From positions 600,001 to 632,000 of the forward strand of contig NZ_CP047931.1 in NCBI RefSeq assembly GCF_014280175.1: DNA of 32,000 bases, read 5' to 3'. Each line of letters opens with the position of its first letter. Within the stretch, counting starts at the first letter, position 1. The position numbers were made by a program, and so were the translations under genes. Of the stretch, positions 10,389 through 15,622 are shown one piece after another. Under the pieces are notes generated by a model. It made no database searches. It was not told the origin of the DNA and saw nothing but the letters and a program-made list of their open reading frames with translations. The stretch comes from Synechococcus sp. A15-28. Its GTDB lineage: Bacteria; Cyanobacteriota; Cyanobacteriia; PCC-6307; Cyanobiaceae.

Positions 10389-11023
10389 AATGGGTCCAAC
10401 CAGGAAATTTTTAGGGGGTCAATGTGGAGAAAGGCTGGCTGAATCATCAGTCTTTTTCCGGTAACGGCAGCTCGAATAGGTTCGCTTGTTTCCATCAATG
10501 ATTTGGCTGTGATGATGGCATGTTGGATGCAAGCGTTGGCATAGGACTGCTTCTCGTCAATGTTGATGCCATGACTGGTCAGTCCGAGCTGGATATCACG
10601 AACGAGCTCTGTTAAGGAAGCTGAGAAAACCTGATTTTTCAAATATGCAGCCTTTACTGCGCCGCAACCTTGATGACTCATCACAAGAAGGACGCTAACA
10701 TTGAGGTCAAGCACAGCATATTCAATCGAACCAGCTGACCCAAACGTGTTGGTATTTCCAGCATTGCGGATTACGAAAAGATCTCCAAAGCCTGCATCGA
10801 AGATCACTTCAACAGGAACTCTTGAATCAGAGCAAGCTAATAATGCAACTCGTGGGTGCTGCCCTCCGGCGAGTTGGTGCTCGCGTGCTTTTGTTGCGTG
10901 GGGGTGATGCGACGTGTTGCTCAAAAAGCGATCAAACCCTCGTTTGAGCTCTTCCACAACCTCGTTTGGATCAAAATACCCTTGGTTTGAGTCAACGTAA
11001 TAAGAGTCAATCATAAATTTCAC
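10373..11023 (-). CDS. Beta-class carbonic anhydrase
   Basis: 216 aa with the two zinc-ligand motifs of beta-CAs, ..[12 protein letters not shown].. (CxDxR) and ..MSHQGCGAV.. (HxxC). No N-terminal hydrophobic signal is visible. Its 3' end overlaps the queA 3' end by 16 nt, convergently. Confidence 0.85.
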   Translation of the reverse strand: MKFMIDSYYVDSNQGYFDPNEVVEELKRGFDRFLSNTSHHPHATKAREHQLAGGQHPRVALLACSDSRVPVEVIFDAGFGDLFVIRNAGNTNTFGSAGSIEYAVLDLNVSVLLVMSHQGCGAVKAAYLKNQVFSASLTELVRDIQLGLTSHGINIDEKQSYANACIQHAIITAKSLMETSEPIRAAVTGKRLMIQPAFLHIDPLKISWLDPFYGIS

Positions 11024-11144
11024 AAGTTAACTTCCTCATTATTGCTATATAGATTAATGAAAGACGCTTTGGTCAGCAAATGCTAACTTTTTTCGGGATG
11101 TTTCTTGACTCGAGCCTCATAATTGAGGAAAGGTCACAACGTTA

Positions 11145-12557
11145 ATGCTTGCCGTTATTGTTTCACACTCGCTTTTGGCTTTGAAGGAGCCAGGTGCAGA
11201 AATTGAGGCTGCAACGGGGATGCTAGAGAAGCTCCCTTCGTTGCACTTCTCTTTTCAAGGGGCACTCCTATCACTCTCTCTGCTGTTGCTGGTCAGCATA
11301 CTGTCAGAAAAATTAGGCGTAAAGCTTGGAATACCTGGATCAATCTTCTTGTTTTTTGCTGGTCTCTTTTTTCATGTCTCAGGCTTTAGCTTTGAATCTT
11401 TTCCGTTAGAACAAGTTCATGTTGTATCGCTTTGTATATTGTTATTTTTCAGCGGGCTTTCCTTCGATCGGAAGCTTTTAAAAGAAAATAAAGTTCTATC
11501 TAATTCAATAAGTTTGGGTATTTTCGGAACCTTGCTTAGCATGGCTTTATGGCTGTTTTATTTAATCGTAGGTTTTGGTTTTTTTCAAGGTTTTTTTGGT
11601 TATCTAGAGGGTGTAAAGCAAGAGCTTGTCGAATTGCTCGTTGTAACTATTGTTTTTTCAATCGCAGTCCAGGATTGGAATTCATTTATGTTCGTATCTA
11701 AGAGAATCGTAGATTTTCGTTCAATTCTATCCAATATTTTTAGAGTTGAAACATCTATCTCAGCTTCGATCTCCGTAGCTGTTGCCGAGATTCTTGTTCT
11801 TGTTTGGCTCGCTCTGCATCCTGAGTATCAGCTCCTTAACGGATGGCAATTGTTCTCATCGATCTCCCAAGGAATATTCATTGGATCAGTATCAGGAATT
11901 GTTCTCGGTTACATTTTGATGCTGACAATTCGGTATGTCATTACGTCTAAACCTCAACTGGTTTTAGGTGCTGTTGCATTCACCCTGATCGGTTACGTAA
12001 TTTCTTTTTCAATTACTCACCAGGGTGGGTATCTCTGTGCGTTAGTGATGGGCATTGTTACCTCTTTGACCTATCGTAAAAGCTCAACTGAGGAAGAGAT
12101 AGAATTTCTAGCAGAAGAATTGGAGACACTCAATATTGCTTCTGAGGCAATCCTCTTCTTTGCGATTGGCCTTGGACTCAATGCAACTTCCTTCTTTGTT
12201 CACTTGCCAGTGGCGATCTATGTCTGGCTTGGAATCATCATCATCAGGCCAATTACAGTAAATCTCTTTTTCAAGGGCTCTCCTGCCATCGAGACTGAAG
12301 AACGTCAGCTCCTATCGATATGGAGTCCAAAAGGAGCCATTTCAATGGCCTTGGTGGTAACTGCACCAGAGCTGCTGGAGGGAACTTTTGGTATGGAGAT
12401 TGCTGAAATTTTTCCTGAAAGCGCTTCTAGCTTCTCGGCGGATGTGGTTTGCGGTGCTGTTTTGTTCTCGATGATTGTTAAATCCTTGGCGATTCCAAAA
12501 ATTCATTCCCAATTGATTCCCACTCAAAATACTATTACCACCAATCAAGAGGCTTGA
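11145..12557 (+). CDS. CPA-type (NhaP/CPA1-like) cation:proton antiporter-fold membrane protein, atypical
   Basis: 470 aa and highly hydrophobic, with about 11-13 TM segments. ..LLFFSGLSFD.. and ..WSPKGAISMALVV.. resemble the CPA1 consensus. GAGG lies at 11125-11128, upstream of the ATG. Confidence 0.6.
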   Translation: MLAVIVSHSLLALKEPGAEIEAATGMLEKLPSLHFSFQGALLSLSLLLLVSILSEKLGVKLGIPGSIFLFFAGLFFHVSGFSFESFPLEQVHVVSLCILLFFSGLSFDRKLLKENKVLSNSISLGIFGTLLSMALWLFYLIVGFGFFQGFFGYLEGVKQELVELLVVTIVFSIAVQDWNSFMFVSKRIVDFRSILSNIFRVETSISASISVAVAEILVLVWLALHPEYQLLNGWQLFSSISQGIFIGSVSGIVLGYILMLTIRYVITSKPQLVLGAVAFTLIGYVISFSITHQGGYLCALVMGIVTSLTYRKSSTEEEIEFLAEELETLNIASEAILFFAIGLGLNATSFFVHLPVAIYVWLGIIIIRPITVNLFFKGSPAIETEERQLLSIWSPKGAISMALVVTAPELLEGTFGMEIAEIFPESASSFSADVVCGAVLFSMIVKSLAIPKIHSQLIPTQNTITTNQEA

Positions 12558-12560
12558 GTT

Positions 12561-13223
12561 ATGTTGAAAAAAAAGCTGACAGATCGGTACCGGCTCTCAC
12601 GGGCAGTGTTGGTGGGCACAGTTATAACTCTTTTGTTCATGCCCATCTTGGCAACGAATGAAGCGACGACGATTGCAGTCGCATCTGCGCTTGCAGTGGA
12701 TTTTTGTATTTTTATCAAGCAATCCTGGCTCATTGACGTCAATAACACAAGGGATATCTTCCAGCAATTCGATGCGAAAGAATCATCTGTTGCAGAAAGA
12801 ACAATAGCGCTTGTATTTCTGAGTGTGGGCATATTGAGTTTCTGCATTGCGGAATTACATTCAAAGCATGATGTTCTGCCGAACTCAATTCATGTTTTTA
12901 TAAGTTTTATAGCACTATTTTTGACCTGGCTGCAGTTGCACAACGGATTTGCGCTTTACTATGCAAAAAAATACTTTGATATGAATCCGGTTCGACTTGA
13001 TGATCCTGAGGGGCAACTGGGATTTATATTTGAAGGAACAGAGCCAACATTTAGCGATTTTTTATATATTTCTTATTCGATAGGTCTTACTTATTCAATG
13101 ACTGACTGCGGCATCAAGGATTCTGCGGTTAGGCGAATTGTTATCATTCACTGCCTCTCTTCATTTCTCTACGCATCAACAGTACTGTCGATCATATTCT
13201 CATTGGCGACGCAAGTGAGTTGA
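12561..13223 (+). CDS. DUF1345-like integral membrane protein
   Basis: 220 aa. The C-terminal half ..HNGFALYYAKKYF..FSDFLYISYSIGLTYSMTDCGIKDSAVRRIVIIHCLSSFLY.. matches my recollection of the DUF1345 consensus. It starts 3 nt after the antiporter stop. Confidence 0.55.
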   Translation: MLKKKLTDRYRLSRAVLVGTVITLLFMPILATNEATTIAVASALAVDFCIFIKQSWLIDVNNTRDIFQQFDAKESSVAERTIALVFLSVGILSFCIAELHSKHDVLPNSIHVFISFIALFLTWLQLHNGFALYYAKKYFDMNPVRLDDPEGQLGFIFEGTEPTFSDFLYISYSIGLTYSMTDCGIKDSAVRRIVIIHCLSSFLYASTVLSIIFSLATQVS

Positions 13224-13358
13224 TCCGCAAAAGGGTTATCCATAACCTTTAGGGGTATGCATATGTGTGCGTTCCCTATTATTTTGTCGGGCGGCAGCGT
13301 TGGATACTTTCCAAATCCCGTATCTTCTCTACAATCAACTTGTGAACAGAATCAATCC

Positions 13359-13661
13359 ATGTTCGAACTCGAGTATCTCCTAGCTTTCGGCCTGGGTGCA
13401 GGTCTCGTTGCTCTTACCCCCGTTGTAGCTGCTGCTGCTGGAAAGGAAAGCGCTATCACCAAGACTGTTTCTGGCGCCGGACGTGGCTTGACAAAACAAG
13501 GTCTGAAAGCTGGTCTCTTTGTAGGAGGAAAGGTATCTGGACTGTTCACTGGCGTTAAGTCGGGTTTGAATGAGGTGGGTGAGAGCTTCGGCGACATTCT
13601 TGCTGAAGCGAAAGCAGACATGGCTACACCGAAAACTAAGACTTCATCACAAAAGGCTTAA
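13359..13661 (+). CDS. Small membrane-anchored glycine-zipper protein (DUF5132-like), paralog 1
   Basis: The start at the internal ATG is chosen because both paralogs then begin MFELE. It has a hydrophobic N-segment, a Lys/Gly period-4 region GLTKQGLKAGLFVGGKVSGLFTGVKSGL and an acidic tail. Confidence 0.6.
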   Translation: MFELEYLLAFGLGAGLVALTPVVAAAAGKESAITKTVSGAGRGLTKQGLKAGLFVGGKVSGLFTGVKSGLNEVGESFGDILAEAKADMATPKTKTSSQKA

Positions 13662-13664
13662 AGC

Positions 13665-14102
13665 TTGCCAATTACAGTTAAACATCGTGTATTTGGTCGT
13701 GTGAGATTTATTTGGGAGAAGAAATATACCAGTCACGAGATAAAGCTTATGGAATTATCGTTCTTGTATCATTTTCCTGAGTGTCGTTTTCGTTCTGCTT
13801 CAGGTAATACAGGTTGTGTGGTTCTTTTTGATGAAAGTAGTGATCAGCTTTTGTGCCATCAAGTGACTGATTGGATTCAGAATTTCATAGACTTTGCTGA
13901 GTGCCAAGGTCCGTTACTACCACCATCCAAAAGGGATATTCTGATCGACAAGGTTAAAGGTTGGACTGCTCAGTCCATGATTGTTATGGCTATTCTCGGA
14001 TGGATATTACCAATTCTTCCCGGTACTCCATTTTTCTTTGTGGCATGGTGGCTGGGTTGGAGGCCGTCGTCCACAAATCAGTCAGTTGTCGCCGAACCAT
14101 AA
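13665..14102 (+). CDS. Cysteine-free basic HMA-like (CoBaHMA/HMA2-like) domain protein with a C-terminal LPxxPG membrane hairpin
   Basis: TTG start 3 nt after the preceding stop. ITVKHRVFGRVRF ... ECRFRSASGNTGCVVLFDES follows the ferredoxin-like HMA pattern without CxxC. The C-terminus ..ILGWILPILPGTPFFFVAWWLGW.. resembles the DUF454/YbaN and PGPGW hairpins. Confidence 0.6.
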   Translation: MPITVKHRVFGRVRFIWEKKYTSHEIKLMELSFLYHFPECRFRSASGNTGCVVLFDESSDQLLCHQVTDWIQNFIDFAECQGPLLPPSKRDILIDKVKGWTAQSMIVMAILGWILPILPGTPFFFVAWWLGWRPSSTNQSVVAEP

Positions 14103-15170
14103 ACGCAGCCAGCTTTGAGTCATTTGTGCCCTATTGCATTGCATTGCTTCCAATTTTGCGGGCAATTCGATGCTTCTGCAGTATCCATTGTAGATCAAGT
14201 TGATGGTTGAATTGATCTGTTGAATATTCATATTATCTTTCTTCACCCCTGGTAGAAATATTTTCATGCAATGACTCTCTGTATTCCATTCTTCAATGCT
14301 TAAAGACTTATTCTTGTCTTTTAATGCGTTTGCCACGAGATCTGATTCGGGGACTGTGATCGAGCTGTTAAACGTTGTTGGTCCGTTTCGGCATTCATTT
14401 TCGATTTTGATATTGGATGTATTACTTGCGTCTTCGACAATCAGTAGATGCGGTATTGCACGGTGCATGCCTGCAACGCTTAATCGAGTTAGCAGCTGTT
14501 CCGGTTTGTAGTTTTTGCCATCAAGAATTAATGTGAAATGATGATTGCTCCGACCCGAGATCGTCTGTTGTAGGAGATGTAAACGACCTTTCCATGTTTC
14601 GTTGAGACGTAACTGTTGTGATGATGGTAAGCGTAAGCGCAGTAATTTTTCGACCGTTGAAAGTGTTTGACGCGTTGTGTCCCACCAGTTAAGCAAAGGC
14701 TCTAGCAATTGGTCGATCAAGGCTGGACCCTTTTGTGCCATTCCAAGTATTTTTAAAGCATGCAATGGCGTTGGGAGGATTACGATTAAAAGTGTACTTT
14801 TTGACGCACTGTCTAGTATTTCTGACAAGAAGATCAATCTCGTTAAGTCTTCGATCCCTGGAAGTTGCGGAAGCTCGATAGATTGTTTCCCTGCAATGTC
14901 GAGCAATTGCCACCAATCTTTGGCATGTGGATTGAGCTGTTCCCAAAGTCGAGCCAGGCTACAAATATAACTGAAATTTTCTACGATAAAATTCTTCTTG
15001 GCTATGAAATCTGATGTGTCTAAATCAATCTCTCCTGATAGATTAATCAATCTTGTGTCAGCATTTTCCTGCTGAGTATGTAGGAGCCCTTGCAACCATT
15101 GGTGTAGCGCTGAATACCGGTCTGCGCTTACCAAGAGAATCAAGGCACTGATTTCGTCTTCGAATGCCAT
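14082..15170 (-). CDS. ArsA/Get3-like protein lacking the P-loop, with an HSP20/alpha-crystallin-like C-terminal domain
   Basis: 362 aa. ..ILLVSADRYSAL.. aligns by eye to ArsA ..LLVSTDPAHSL.., and ..LIVILPTPLHALKIL.. to switch II ..DTAPTGHTLRLL.. No GKGGVGKT is present. The tail ..MKIFLPGVKKDNMNIQQINSTINLIYNGYCRSIELP.. resembles the ArsA_HSP20 domain. Confidence 0.6.
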   Translation of the reverse strand: MAFEDEISALILLVSADRYSALHQWLQGLLHTQQENADTRLINLSGEIDLDTSDFIAKKNFIVENFSYICSLARLWEQLNPHAKDWWQLLDIAGKQSIELPQLPGIEDLTRLIFLSEILDSASKSTLLIVILPTPLHALKILGMAQKGPALIDQLLEPLLNWWDTTRQTLSTVEKLLRLRLPSSQQLRLNETWKGRLHLLQQTISGRSNHHFTLILDGKNYKPEQLLTRLSVAGMHRAIPHLLIVEDASNTSNIKIENECRNGPTTFNSSITVPESDLVANALKDKNKSLSIEEWNTESHCMKIFLPGVKKDNMNIQQINSTINLIYNGYCRSIELPAKLEAMQCNRAQMTQSWLRLWFGDN

Positions 15171-15235
15171 TGTATCGGGAATGTCTTATTGGATTTCGGG
15201 ATTTTCGGGTAATATCTCCAAAATTCCATTACACC
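15171..15235. promoter_or_regulatory. Divergent promoter/operator region with tandem TTTCGGG repeats
   Basis: A 65-nt spacer lies between divergent starts. ATCGGG sits at 15174-15179, ATTTCGGG at 15193-15200, ATTTTCGGG at 15201-15209 and a TAATAT -10-like hexamer at 15210-15215. The 9-mer TTTCGGGAT recurs at 11091-11099. Confidence 0.3.
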
Positions 15236-15577
15236 ATGTTTGAACTGGAAACACTTGCTGCTTTCGGAGCAGGTGCTGCCTTGATGGCGTTAGCACCAGT
15301 TGTTCGAAAAATGGGCAATGAAGAGCTTGGAGACTCCATGGGGAAGGCAGGTCGCACGATGGCCAAAAGTGGAGTCAAGGTAGGTCTCGTTGCGGCAGAC
15401 GTTGCCGGAAAAGTTGCCAACGGTGTGACGAAGAACGTAGCTGAAGTCGCTGAATCGTTTGTGGACTTGGTTCAAGAAGCTAAGTCTGAGCGCGTTGAAC
15501 CAACAGATATCGACGCGGAACAGCCACCTACTGATGCATCCCGATCTCAGGTCATCACAGAAGTAACTGTCGAATAA
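15236..15577 (+). CDS. Small membrane-anchored glycine-zipper protein (DUF5132-like), paralog 2
   Basis: Begins MFELETLAAFGAGAALMALAPVV, parallel to paralog 1. Small-xxx-small periodicity GVKVGLVAADVAGKVANGV, a conserved ..VAESFVDLVQEAKSE.. and an acidic tail. Confidence 0.6.
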   Translation: MFELETLAAFGAGAALMALAPVVRKMGNEELGDSMGKAGRTMAKSGVKVGLVAADVAGKVANGVTKNVAEVAESFVDLVQEAKSERVEPTDIDAEQPPTDASRSQVITEVTVE

Positions 15578-15622
15578 GTCTGAATTCCATTCCAAATTTA
15601 TAATCTCTCTCCTACAAACATC

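Noticed and set aside
11101-11144. TTGACT (11105-11110) and CATAAT (11118-11123) as a sigma70-type promoter for the antiporter operon.
   Set aside because: The spacing between the hexamers is only 7 nt, which does not fit a -35/-10 pair. I did not report it as a feature.
13257-13358. N-terminal extensions of the two small island ORFs (track starts at 13257 and 15164).
   Set aside because: Both paralogs share the sequence MFELE exactly at an internal ATG (13359 and 15236), while the upstream extensions share nothing. The 15164 start would also overlap the divergent ArsA-like start codon.
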